Positions 10,368 to 18,472 of a stretch of DNA of 64,000 nucleotides are shown piece by piece (position 1 is the stretch's first letter; each line of letters begins with the position of its first letter). Made by a program: the position numbers and the translations under genes. Under the pieces are notes generated by a model. That model was not told the origin of the DNA. It saw only the letters and a program-made list of their open reading frames with translations, and ran no database searches. Source of the DNA: an uncultured delta proteobacterium (GTDB lineage Bacteria > Desulfobacterota > Binatia > Binatales > Binataceae); NCBI GenBank assembly GCA_963794325.1, contig CAWCDG010000004.1, positions 741,345 through 805,344 on the forward strand, in the 5' to 3' direction.

Positions 10368-11342
10368 CTACGGCGTGAAAGAACCCCCGCCATCGCTGGC
10401 GTCGGTGCCGCTTTCAGTGATGCCGTTGCCGCCCAGAATGCTGGAATGACCCCCGCTCGCCTCATTGTTCTCGCCACCACTGACGCTCGATCGAAAGCCG
10501 CTCGCCTTGTTGGACTGGCCTCCGCTGACGCTCGATGTAGGGCCGCTCGCGGTGTTGAATGCGCCGCCGCTGACGTTTGATGAAGGACCACTAGAGATGT
10601 TGCCCGTGCCACCGCTGATGCTGGAGTCTCCATTAGTCGCTTGGTTGAATCCGCCGCCGCTGATGCTCGAATCATTGCCGCTCGCAGTGTTGCCAAAGCC
10701 GCCGACGACGTTTGCTCCTTCCGAGGCGCCCGGAGTTGACGAACATGACTTTAAAGGTATTAAAGCTCCGCCCGCAGTGTTGCACTCGCCTCCTGTGACG
10801 CCGGCGTAGTTTGCGAGAGTGGCGTTCGCAAAGCCGCTTACCATACCGCCGCTGGCGGTGAACTCATGCTGCGGGCCTACGATCAAGTTGTGCGAGCCGG
10901 TCCGGTTGACGTCTATCGTCAAAGGCTCGATCGAATCTTCATCGTAGCCGACCACCAAATTTCCCAATCCGGTTGCGTCCACTGTGGTGCCGGACCCACT
11001 CTCGATATGGACATTGGCGCCGCTGATGATGACGTTCGGTCCTGCAAGGCCATTCTCCGCACCCGCATCGACACTGACGTAGGGGCCAAGCGCCAGCGCA
11101 TGATTGTTCTGTACGGCAGTCAGCGCCGTCTGGAGGGTTGTGATGTTGGTATTAGCCGTACTCAATGCCGTCTGCAGGGTTGCGACCTGCCCCTGTAGCG
11201 TCGTGATCAGCGCCAACAGACAGTTGCCCTTCGTGCTTCCGGGCTTGCAGGTCTTTTTCGCGTCAACGTTCTGAGCAAACGCGGGCGACGACAGGACGAT
11301 CACGAGCATGGTCAGCGCCAATCGGGACGTCAAGGTCTTCAT
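10368..11342 (-). CDS. Secreted repeat protein, tandem paralog of 9350-10312
   Basis: It has the same architecture: MKTLTSRLALTMLVIVLSSPAFA/QN, CKPGSTKGNC and LITTLQGQVATLQTAL. The conserved core reads GPNVIISGANVHIESGSGTT...NRTGSHNLIVGPQHEFTASGG. C-terminal repeats include SSISGGGFNQAT, SSISGGTGNISS, SNVSGGAFNTAS, SSVSGGQSNKAS and SSVSGGENNEAS. Confidence 0.7.
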   Translation of the reverse strand: MKTLTSRLALTMLVIVLSSPAFAQNVDAKKTCKPGSTKGNCLLALITTLQGQVATLQTALSTANTNITTLQTALTAVQNNHALALGPYVSVDAGAENGLAGPNVIISGANVHIESGSGTTVDATGLGNLVVGYDEDSIEPLTIDVNRTGSHNLIVGPQHEFTASGGMVSGFANATLANYAGVTGGECNTAGGALIPLKSCSSTPGASEGANVVGGFGNTASGNDSSISGGGFNQATNGDSSISGGTGNISSGPSSNVSGGAFNTASGPTSSVSGGQSNKASGFRSSVSGGENNEASGGHSSILGGNGITESGTDASDGGGSFTP

Positions 11343-11607
11343 CGATTCGTTCTCCTTGGTATGCGGGGCGCTTCGTGCTCAGGACCACTGGTTTGTCGCA
11401 TAAGCACTAGTCACACGCAAACGCGGGTAAGTCCGCCGAAGTATCTGCTACCTGCCTATGCGCATCGCAGGCGTTACTTGATGTCAGTTGTGATGCTAAT
11501 CATCCGCCGGTTTCCGGTTGCCCGTATGGATTGAATTCATCCGCGATGGTCTGATTTAAGAGTCTGTTACAAGGCACCTTCGCCACCGGCTTTCCGATGG
11601 AGCGCAA

Positions 11608-13713
11608 ATGAACGAGCAAGTTACCCGCCAAATCCTGTGGAACATCCCCGCCCCGTTCATCGTGATGATGTACGCCCTGCTCGCGCTGCTGATGGTCGGT
11701 TGCGCCTATGCGTTTCTCAAGTGGTATCGGCTGGTGACTCTCGGCGTGTCCGAAAATCGCCTCGATCGTCCCTTCGAGCGGTTGATGCTCTCGCTGCGCG
11801 ATTCGTTTGGACAGGGCAACGTGATCCGCGAGACCTGGGGCTGGATGCATTACGCGTTCTACGTCGCATTCGTCGGATTGTTCATCGGCACCACTATCGT
11901 CCTGATCAACAGCGACCTGCGCGACCTCGCCAACCTGTTCGGCTTCGATTTCTACTTCTACTACGGCGACTTCTATCTGTACTTCAAAGCCGCGATGGAC
12001 ACCTTCTTCCTGCTGCTGATCCTCGGCGTGCTGATGGAAGGTGCGCGGCGTTCTCTTCGCAAACCGACCGTGTTGAACGACCCGCCCGCCGACAAGATGC
12101 GTGACAATCTCGAGAACCGGCTCGGCTATTGGTTCCCGATGTCTATGATGGTGCTGGCTGCGGTCACCGGCCTGATGCTCGAGGGCGCGCGTATCAACGC
12201 CGCGCATCCCGCCTTCCACGAATGGGCATACGTGGGACGCGTCGTGGGGCGAATCGAGGGCGCGCTCGGAGCGGGCGTCACTTACCATCGATGGCTGTGG
12301 CTGGTGCACGTGCTGCTCGTGTTCACCCTGCTGTTTTGTTTTCCCTTCACCAAGCTGCGTCATCTGATCTTCGGACCGCTGAATCTTTTCTTCCGCAACA
12401 TGGGTCCGCGCGGACGGCTCGCGCCGATCAAGGATTTCGAAAACGCGGAAACCTTCGGCGTCTCGCAGGTCGAGCAGTACACCTGGAAGCAACTGCTCGA
12501 CATGAGCTCGTGCCTCGAATGCGGCCGATGCACCATCAACTGCCCCACCGTCAGCACCGGCAAAGTGTTGAATCCGAAATATCTTGTGATCGAACAGCGC
12601 GAGCATCTGCTCGACAAAGCCCCGTTTCTGCTCGCCGCGAAGGCCAACGGCAAAGCCGCTGAGGGTGCGGAAGCGCCCGCATGGAACGGCCCCGACATGA
12701 TCACGCAGGTCGCGACCGAAGAAGCGGTATGGGGATGCACGACCTGCGGATGGTGCGAAGAGGGCTGCCCGGTCGGCATCGAGCACATCCAGCGAATCGT
12801 GGACATGCGCCGCTACGACGTGCTGATGGAATCGCGATTCCCGACCGAGTTGACCGGCGCATTCAAGGGAATCGAGAACCAGGGGAATCCATGGGGGCTC
12901 GCGCAGGAGAAGCGCGCCGAATGGGCCAAGGGTCTCGACATTCCCGAGATCGCCGAGCTCGAACAGCCGGCGGACATCGACGTGCTGTACTGGGTCGGAT
13001 GCGCCGGTTCGTACGACGAGCGTAATCAGCGCGTCAGCAAGTCGTTCTCAGGCCTGATGAAACAGGCGGGCGTCAAGTTTGCGATTCTCGGCCGCGAGGA
13101 AACCTGCACCGGCGACCCTGCACGCCGGCTCGGCAACGAATACCTGTACGCGACGGTCGCAGCGCAGAACGTCGAGACGCTCAATCGCTACAAGCCGCGG
13201 CGAATCGTCACTCAATGCCCGCACTGCTTTCACAATCTGAAGAACGAGTACCCCGACTTTGGCGGCAACTACACGGTCCTGCACGAAGCCGAATTTATCG
13301 ACGAGCTAATCCAGGCCGGGCGCCTGAAGCCGCGCGGCAAGATCGACGAGCGCATCACCTACCACGACCCGTGCTACATGGCGCGGCACAATCGCAAATG
13401 GGACAGCGCTCGCAGCGCGCTCGGCGCGATTCCCGGCGCCGAGGTGGTGGAGGTCGAGCAGTCGAAGAATCGCACATTCTGCTGCGGCGCCGGCGGCGGA
13501 TGCTTCTGGAAAGAGGAGCACGAAGGTACCCGCATCAATCAGAAACGCTTCGATCAACTTCAGGAAGCCAAGCCGAAATGCGTTGCCGTCGGATGCCCCT
13601 TCTGCATGACGATGCTCGAAGACGCGGTGAAATCCCGCTCGCTCGAAGAAACAGTGCGCGTCCGCGACCTCGCAGAACTAGTCGCCGAATCCACCGGCGT
13701 CCCCACCAAGTGA
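11608..13713 (+). CDS. Membrane-anchored Fe-S oxidoreductase (HdrD/GlpC/EtfD-like: N-terminal TM domain, 2x[4Fe-4S] and two CCG domains)
   Basis: The first 250 aa or so are hydrophobic with several TM helices. Ferredoxin motifs are CLECGRCTINCP and CTTCGWCEEGCP. Cysteine-rich CCG-type segments are YWVGCAGSYD...CPHC and YHDPCYMARH...FCCGAGGG...GCPFC. A GGAG lies upstream of ATG 11608. Confidence 0.75.
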   Translation: MNEQVTRQILWNIPAPFIVMMYALLALLMVGCAYAFLKWYRLVTLGVSENRLDRPFERLMLSLRDSFGQGNVIRETWGWMHYAFYVAFVGLFIGTTIVLINSDLRDLANLFGFDFYFYYGDFYLYFKAAMDTFFLLLILGVLMEGARRSLRKPTVLNDPPADKMRDNLENRLGYWFPMSMMVLAAVTGLMLEGARINAAHPAFHEWAYVGRVVGRIEGALGAGVTYHRWLWLVHVLLVFTLLFCFPFTKLRHLIFGPLNLFFRNMGPRGRLAPIKDFENAETFGVSQVEQYTWKQLLDMSSCLECGRCTINCPTVSTGKVLNPKYLVIEQREHLLDKAPFLLAAKANGKAAEGAEAPAWNGPDMITQVATEEAVWGCTTCGWCEEGCPVGIEHIQRIVDMRRYDVLMESRFPTELTGAFKGIENQGNPWGLAQEKRAEWAKGLDIPEIAELEQPADIDVLYWVGCAGSYDERNQRVSKSFSGLMKQAGVKFAILGREETCTGDPARRLGNEYLYATVAAQNVETLNRYKPRRIVTQCPHCFHNLKNEYPDFGGNYTVLHEAEFIDELIQAGRLKPRGKIDERITYHDPCYMARHNRKWDSARSALGAIPGAEVVEVEQSKNRTFCCGAGGGCFWKEEHEGTRINQKRFDQLQEAKPKCVAVGCPFCMTMLEDAVKSRSLEETVRVRDLAELVAESTGVPTK

Positions 13714-13736
13714 TCGCGTCGTGAGCTCCCCCGCTC

Positions 13737-13777
13737 CGGTTCCCCTTCCCGCTCGGGAAGGGGTTAGGGGTTAGGTT
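13737..13777. repeat. Half copy of the ccccttccc/gggaagggg-ttaggggttaggtt palindromic element
   Basis: ccggttccccttcccgctcgggaaggggttaggggttaggtt matches the right arm of the 7741-7910 element. Confidence 0.6.
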
Positions 13778-13799
13778 GCACGAAGCGTGAGCACTCTTT

Positions 13800-13866
13800 T
13801 CATCCTGACGAAGCTTCGCGTCGCAGTCTGTCATCCTGACGAAGCGAGCAACGCGAGCGGCAGGAA
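13800..13866. repeat. REP-like element with two copies of tcatcctgacgaagc
   Basis: The copies lie at 13800-13814 and 13831-13845. The segment gtcatcctgacgaagcgagcaacgcgagcggcagga recurs, inverted, at 56571-56609. Confidence 0.6.
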
Positions 13867-13959
13867 ATGGCTTCTGGCCTCCGGACAACTTCGTTCCACA
13901 CGCGAAGCCGGTTCCGATCTCCGAGTCGCCCGCCTTGCGGGCCACCACCGAAAAGGCGC

Positions 13960-14922
13960 CTACTTCTTCATATCGGAAAGAAAATCCAGAATCGCCGCGT
14001 TCACCTCTCCCGGCTTTTCCTGCTGCGTCCAATGACCCGAACCCTTGACCAGCACGGTCTTGCGCAGATTCGGCACCCACGTCGTCATCCCCTCGGCCAT
14101 CTCGGGCCGCAGCACAACATCGCGCTCGGCGGTAATCATCAGCGCAGGTTGCTCAACGCGATCGACCTGCCCTTCGCTCTCCTCCCAGTTCCGATCGATG
14201 CATCGATACCAGTTCAGACCGCCGCGAAACCCGCTCTTCTTGAACGCGTTTACGAAGACTTCGAAATCCGCCTCGGTGAGAAACTTCCCGTGCGGGCGAT
14301 CCGAGAATCGATCGAGCAGTCCGCCGCCCGCAGGCCCGAACACGCCCGGCGCCGACTTCCGAATCTCGTCCGGATTCGCTTCCGGCGGATCCTGGTAGAA
14401 GCCGCGCAGCGAACGGGCAACGTCGCGTTCGAGTTCCGCCTCCGCTACGCCCGGCGTTTGAAAATAGAGAATGTAGTGAAAGCCACCCGCCGCCATCGCC
14501 CGCATCGCATCGGTCGGCTTCATCGGCGCGCGCGGTATGAACGGCGTGTTGATGCCAATGACGCGCTCGACGCGGTCACGCGCCATGAGCGCAGTGTTCC
14601 ACGCGACCATGCCGCCCCAATCGTGACCGACGATCACGCATCGCCCGATGTTCAGCGCGTCGAGCATGCCGACGATATCGCCAACCAGCTTGCGCTGCGT
14701 GTATGCCTCGATCGGCGCGGGCGCTTCGCTCTCGGCATAGCCGCGCTGGTCCGGTGCGATCGCGCGAAAGCCCGCCTCCGCCAGCGCCTTCATCTGATGC
14801 CGCCACGAATACCACATCTCGGGAAAGCCATGGCAAAACACCACCGGGAACCCGTCGCCGGTTTCCGCGACGTGCATCCTGATGCCGTTGGTCCGGACGA
14901 AGCTGTGCTTGATTTCACTCAT
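13960..14922 (-). CDS. Alpha/beta hydrolase, epoxide-hydrolase-like
   Basis: It reads MSEIKHSFVRTNGIRMHVAE, then the HGFPEMWYSWRHQ oxyanion motif and the nucleophile elbow VGHDWGG. I take ATG 14922. It is a paralog of 32215-33177. Confidence 0.8.
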   Translation of the reverse strand: MSEIKHSFVRTNGIRMHVAETGDGFPVVFCHGFPEMWYSWRHQMKALAEAGFRAIAPDQRGYAESEAPAPIEAYTQRKLVGDIVGMLDALNIGRCVIVGHDWGGMVAWNTALMARDRVERVIGINTPFIPRAPMKPTDAMRAMAAGGFHYILYFQTPGVAEAELERDVARSLRGFYQDPPEANPDEIRKSAPGVFGPAGGGLLDRFSDRPHGKFLTEADFEVFVNAFKKSGFRGGLNWYRCIDRNWEESEGQVDRVEQPALMITAERDVVLRPEMAEGMTTWVPNLRKTVLVKGSGHWTQQEKPGEVNAAILDFLSDMKK

Positions 14923-15484
14923 CGCGTGCACCTCGGAAAATATTGCGGCGAGCAACACCCGATGGGCCGTTCCGGCCGTCCGATATTGCGGGTGACCTCG
15001 ACGCGAAACTCTGGGCCAATCCCTGGAATTCCTCGCGAAGAACCTTGGCCGACTTGAACGCGCCAGCCAGATACGAGAGTTGGTCTTGAAGCTCGACCGC
15101 CGGTCCGAGTGCGTCGGCGAGTTCGCTCAAATGTTCGGCGAACGACGCGCAAAGCCGTTTGAGTGTCTGGTCGAGAGCCTCCAGCGGAGCAAACCGATTC
15201 GGGACCGGACGAAGGCGATCCTGGAAGTTGTGCATTGACTCGAGCACTCTGGCCAGGTCGCTGACCTGCGTCGCGAACTTGCGTAACTCGTCAAACACGT
15301 TTACCAGCTCGCCGAGCCGCTGAATCGTTTCGCGAAAAGACGCGATACGAGCGAGCTGCGCCTGCAAAGGCTCAACCTGGTCAAAAACTGCCGATACCGT
15401 CAGTCGGGCCTGAAACGCGTTGGAATCTTCGCGCTCGTTGGAAGGCAGCCCGTACAGGTCGGCTTTGATATCAAACAGTATCAT
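14915..15484 (-). CDS. Hypothetical helical-repeat protein, paralog A (no recognisable family)
   Basis: The 189-aa protein aligns with paralogs B and C (SAVFDQVEPLQAQLARIA...LESMHNFQDRL...LEALDQTLKRL...LGPAVELQDQLSYLAGAF...KVLREEFQGLAQSF). It has N- and C-terminal extensions. Its stop overlaps the hydrolase start by 8 nt (ATGAGTGA). Confidence 0.55.
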   Translation of the reverse strand: MILFDIKADLYGLPSNEREDSNAFQARLTVSAVFDQVEPLQAQLARIASFRETIQRLGELVNVFDELRKFATQVSDLARVLESMHNFQDRLRPVPNRFAPLEALDQTLKRLCASFAEHLSELADALGPAVELQDQLSYLAGAFKSAKVLREEFQGLAQSFASRSPAISDGRNGPSGVARRNIFRGARDE

Positions 15485-15566
15485 CGTGCTTTTCCTGGTG
15501 CTCTTCCCACAATCGCAGACTCGCGCGGCACTTCGCGCCAGGAAAGATGGGCGGACCGGCGTTCAC

Positions 15567-16028
15567 TTAATTGGGCAGGTCCGCCGGGTTTCGCTCGAAA
15601 GTTCGAGCCAGCGCAGAGAATTCCTGGCGAAGAGCCTTGGCCGGCTCAAATGCAGTACACAGGTGCGCGAGTCGATCCTGAAGAGCTGCGGCGGGCTCGA
15701 GAGCCGTGGCGAGTTGGCACAGACTTTCGCGGAACGACACGCAGAGCTGGCTGAGTTCCTGGTCGAGCGTTTCCAACGGTGAGAATTGCTTCAACACCTG
15801 CTGAAGTTGGTGCTGGAAGTTGTGCATCGGCTCGAGCACTTTAGCCAGGTCCCTGATCTGTCCCTCGAACTCGCGCAGAGGTTCGAACACGCTTGCAAGC
15901 TCAGAGAGCTGCTGTATCGGTTCGAGGATAACCGCGATCTGCGCCAACTGCTCCTGGAGCGGTCTGATCTGATCGAAGACCGCCGATACCGCCAGACCGG
16001 GCTCAAATGAAGTTCGCTGAGTTGCCAT
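15567..16028 (-). CDS. Hypothetical helical-repeat protein, paralog B
   Basis: The 153-aa protein shows 98 identical residues over the first 146 positions, gap-free, against paralog C in my hand alignment. It is made of proline-punctuated repeats of about 17 residues (EPMHNFQHQLQQVLKQF / SPLETLDQELSQLCVSF / EPAAALQDRLAHLCTAF / EPAKALRQEFSALARTF). Confidence 0.6.
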   Translation of the reverse strand: MATQRTSFEPGLAVSAVFDQIRPLQEQLAQIAVILEPIQQLSELASVFEPLREFEGQIRDLAKVLEPMHNFQHQLQQVLKQFSPLETLDQELSQLCVSFRESLCQLATALEPAAALQDRLAHLCTAFEPAKALRQEFSALARTFERNPADLPN

Positions 16029-16117
16029 CTTAATTCATCCCTAGGCTTTTTAGCTTTTTAGTGGCGAATCGTTGCAGAAGTATAAAAATGCGTCAGATAG
16101 ACGACTTTAGCTCTTGT

Positions 16118-16144
16118 TTGACGATCTTGGCAGCATCGTACAAT
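16118..16144 (+). promoter_or_regulatory. Weak sigma70-type promoter candidate for paralog C (TTGACG-N15-TACAAT)
   Basis: It lies in the AT-rich 248-bp divergent spacer. The 15-nt spacer is short (16 nt if the -35 is read as TTTGAC). Confidence 0.25.
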
Positions 16145-16276
16145 CCATACATCTCTCGCAAGCCGCAGCATCGCGACAATCCACAGGGGCCCAGTTGCCA
16201 TTACAGTGGCCTGACGGCAAGGTACAAGCGACTCGACGGTCAATGAAAGTGGCTGTTGTTGGGAGGATAGACACAA

Positions 16277-16744
16277 ATGGCAGACAAGCAGATTTCGTTT
16301 CACCCCGCGCTCGCGGTAGAGGCGGTGTTTGAGCAGGTAAAGCCGCTTGAAGATCAGCTCGCTCAGATAGCGTCGATTCTGGGACCTATAGGGCAGCTTT
16401 CGGAGCTTGGGAGTGTGTTTGAACCGCTGCGCCTGTTTGGTACGCAAGTCAAGGAATTAGCCAAACTGCTCGAACCGATGCGCAGTTTCCAGGACCAGCT
16501 CCGACAGGTTCTGAATCAATTCGGCCCCCTGCAAGCTCTGGATCAGGAACTCGATCAACTTTCTGAAGGGTTCTGCCAAAGCCTAAGCCAGCTTGCCGCT
16601 GCGCTCGAACCGGCGGTGACGCTTCAGGACAGACTCGCGCATCTGGCTAACGCGTTTGAACCGGCGAAGACCCTTCGCGAGGACTTCTCGGCGCTGGCGC
16701 AGGGTTTCGAGCGAAGCTCACAAGGTTTATCGGAGCAAGCTTGA
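16277..16744 (+). CDS. Hypothetical helical-repeat protein, paralog C
   Basis: The 155-aa protein has GGAGGA 9 nt upstream of ATG. Repeats read KPLEDQLAQIASIL / GPIGQLSELGSVF / EPLRLFGTQVKELAKLL / EPMRSFQDQLRQVLNQF / GPLQALDQELDQLSEGF / EPAVTLQDRLAHLANAF / EPAKTLREDFSALAQGF. No signal peptide is visible. Confidence 0.6.
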   Translation: MADKQISFHPALAVEAVFEQVKPLEDQLAQIASILGPIGQLSELGSVFEPLRLFGTQVKELAKLLEPMRSFQDQLRQVLNQFGPLQALDQELDQLSEGFCQSLSQLAAALEPAVTLQDRLAHLANAFEPAKTLREDFSALAQGFERSSQGLSEQA

Positions 16745-16787
16745 AATATAGAGAAGACTCGCAACCGCGGGATCAGAGCGCAGGGTA

Positions 16788-18305
16788 ATGGACAAACCGA
16801 AAGTGACCGAAGCGGCTGTCGGCGCCGAACAAGTGGTGCGCGATCTGGTCGACGCCTTGAAGTCGCTCCAAAAAAAACAGGCGCCGCTCAGTTCGTCGCC
16901 GCCTGGCGAACAAGAGCAACAAAAACAAAAACCGACCGAATCGCGCGACGGCCGTTCGAAGGCAACCACGCTTCTTGAGACTTTGCCGGGCGTTCCAGAT
17001 GTCGACGAGCCAGAGCCAGAACAAATCCCGGAACTCGAAACCGCCGAGAATTCACAGACCCCAGGCTTCGAAGTTCAATCTGGCGATTACGGAATCGTTC
17101 AAGGATTCTGCCGCAACCACGGAGTCGTCGAGCGCTTCCGGGTGACTCCTGAGGAACTAAAGGCGTTGTCCAACGCATCTCTGCTCGGACCTCTGATTTG
17201 CGAGCAAGATGTTAAGTTCATGCTGCGCCAAATTCGCGAGGCGAGTAAGCCCGCGGAACCGCAGGCCACCATTGCGCCCGAGCAAATCAGGGTCCCATTT
17301 CTCCTGGACGCCGCCTCCTCGCTCGAGCGCGTGGAGAACGGCTCGTCTGGCCCCTCGGGAAACAACAGCGAGGAACGCGAAGTAAACGATCGCGCGACCG
17401 AGGAGGAAAAAGACAAGAGCCAGGGGTTGGGCGCCGCGCTCAACGGTCTGGCCAGCCAGGTCGCCTCTCAACCCGCGCCGCGTAACAGGCGCAAGCGTCG
17501 AACCAGAACCGGCACAAAGGTGGCCATCGGCATTTCTGTCGCCAGTCTGTTGCTGTGGGTCCTGACTCTTGGGGTCTTGTATAAGTTAGTCGACGCTTAT
17601 CGAAGGCACGTAACCACTATAGCTGCGCTCAACACGATCATTGGCAAGCAGCGCGAAATTAGCCAACAAGCCATTTCGGAAGTGCAGGCGCAGGCGGCCG
17701 CCGCCAAACAAGCCTCCCAAGCGGCCGAATCCCAGGCGGATAGCATCAAAACCCAAGCGGACGGCAGCAAGACCGATGCGGACGCTGCCAAGACTCAGGC
17801 AGACTCTGCTGCGCTCTCCGCGCGCAGTGCACGCGATATGGTGGTGATCGCCGAAGCTGCCCACGTCAATGTGGATGCAATCTACTGTTCTCCTCGCGCT
17901 GCATTGAGTCTCGATACGGTATTTACATTGCGTTACCGCAATTCGGGTAGAACTCGTGCCGACAACCTTGAGTCGTCTTTCTCCGCCGGAATTCCCGACG
18001 CTACGCCGACCGAAGAATCAACAGATCCGGCCAGCAAAGTCACTGCTGCTTCGGTAGGCGCAGGTGCGAGCATACCAGGTGGAACCACAGGAACAGTCAG
18101 AGACCTGCTCTCGAAGAGTTTAGGCAGTGTTCCACCCGAACAAACGTTTCAGAAGATTGTTGCGGGGCAGCTCAAGTTTGGGATTTGGGGAACTTCTACG
18201 TACACTGACGTTCTGAAGGAGAAACATCAAGAGAAATTCGAGTACGTTTGGGATCGCAACTTTCCGAACGCTTGCCTGTTCACCGTTGCGCACACCGATG
18301 AATAG
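16788..18305 (+). CDS. Hypothetical bitopic membrane protein with an Ala/Gln-rich coiled coil and a C-terminal beta-rich domain
   Basis: The 505-aa gene starts 43 nt downstream of paralog C. It has an acidic/Pro-rich N-terminus and one TM helix (VAIGISVASLLLWVLTLGVLY) preceded by NRRKRRTRTGTK, implying N-in topology. A low-complexity coiled coil follows (QAQAAAAKQASQAAESQADSIKTQADGSKTDADAAKTQADSAALSA). GC is visibly lower than in the flanks. Confidence 0.55.
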   Translation: MDKPKVTEAAVGAEQVVRDLVDALKSLQKKQAPLSSSPPGEQEQQKQKPTESRDGRSKATTLLETLPGVPDVDEPEPEQIPELETAENSQTPGFEVQSGDYGIVQGFCRNHGVVERFRVTPEELKALSNASLLGPLICEQDVKFMLRQIREASKPAEPQATIAPEQIRVPFLLDAASSLERVENGSSGPSGNNSEEREVNDRATEEEKDKSQGLGAALNGLASQVASQPAPRNRRKRRTRTGTKVAIGISVASLLLWVLTLGVLYKLVDAYRRHVTTIAALNTIIGKQREISQQAISEVQAQAAAAKQASQAAESQADSIKTQADGSKTDADAAKTQADSAALSARSARDMVVIAEAAHVNVDAIYCSPRAALSLDTVFTLRYRNSGRTRADNLESSFSAGIPDATPTEESTDPASKVTAASVGAGASIPGGTTGTVRDLLSKSLGSVPPEQTFQKIVAGQLKFGIWGTSTYTDVLKEKHQEKFEYVWDRNFPNACLFTVAHTDE

Positions 18306-18442
18306 AGTCCCGCGATTGCGTCTACAGGGTTTGGCGAGGCGAACGCGCGTTTCGACAGGCACGTGACGTAGCGCTTGGCGAGTCCCTCTCGGCGAGCGAT
18401 CTCGTATCGAAGCCAGCGCGCGTGGGCGCTAATAAACCGCAA

Positions 18443-18472
18443 TTGACACATCCGCGGACGCGGCTTTATGCT
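18443..18472 (+). promoter_or_regulatory. Sigma70-type promoter candidate (TTGACA-N18-TATGCT) for the 18541 gene
   Basis: A consensus -35 TTGACA lies at 18443-18448 and a -10-like TATGCT at 18467-18472. A GGAGGA RBS lies at about 18529. Confidence 0.3.

Noticed and set aside
9561-10809. Plus-strand ORFs with PPLTL repeats (9561-9878 and 10465-10809), and the 128-aa upstream extension of ORF 9350-10696.
   Set aside because: They are the antisense or out-of-frame reading of the 42-bp-periodic SGG-N-T-ASG repeats. The minus-strand genes have signal peptides, RBSs and paralog support.
11500-12786. A 428-aa minus-strand ORF opposite the Fe-S oxidoreductase gene.
   Set aside because: The forward-strand gene has clear 4Fe-4S and CCG motifs. 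The antisense product has no recognisable features.
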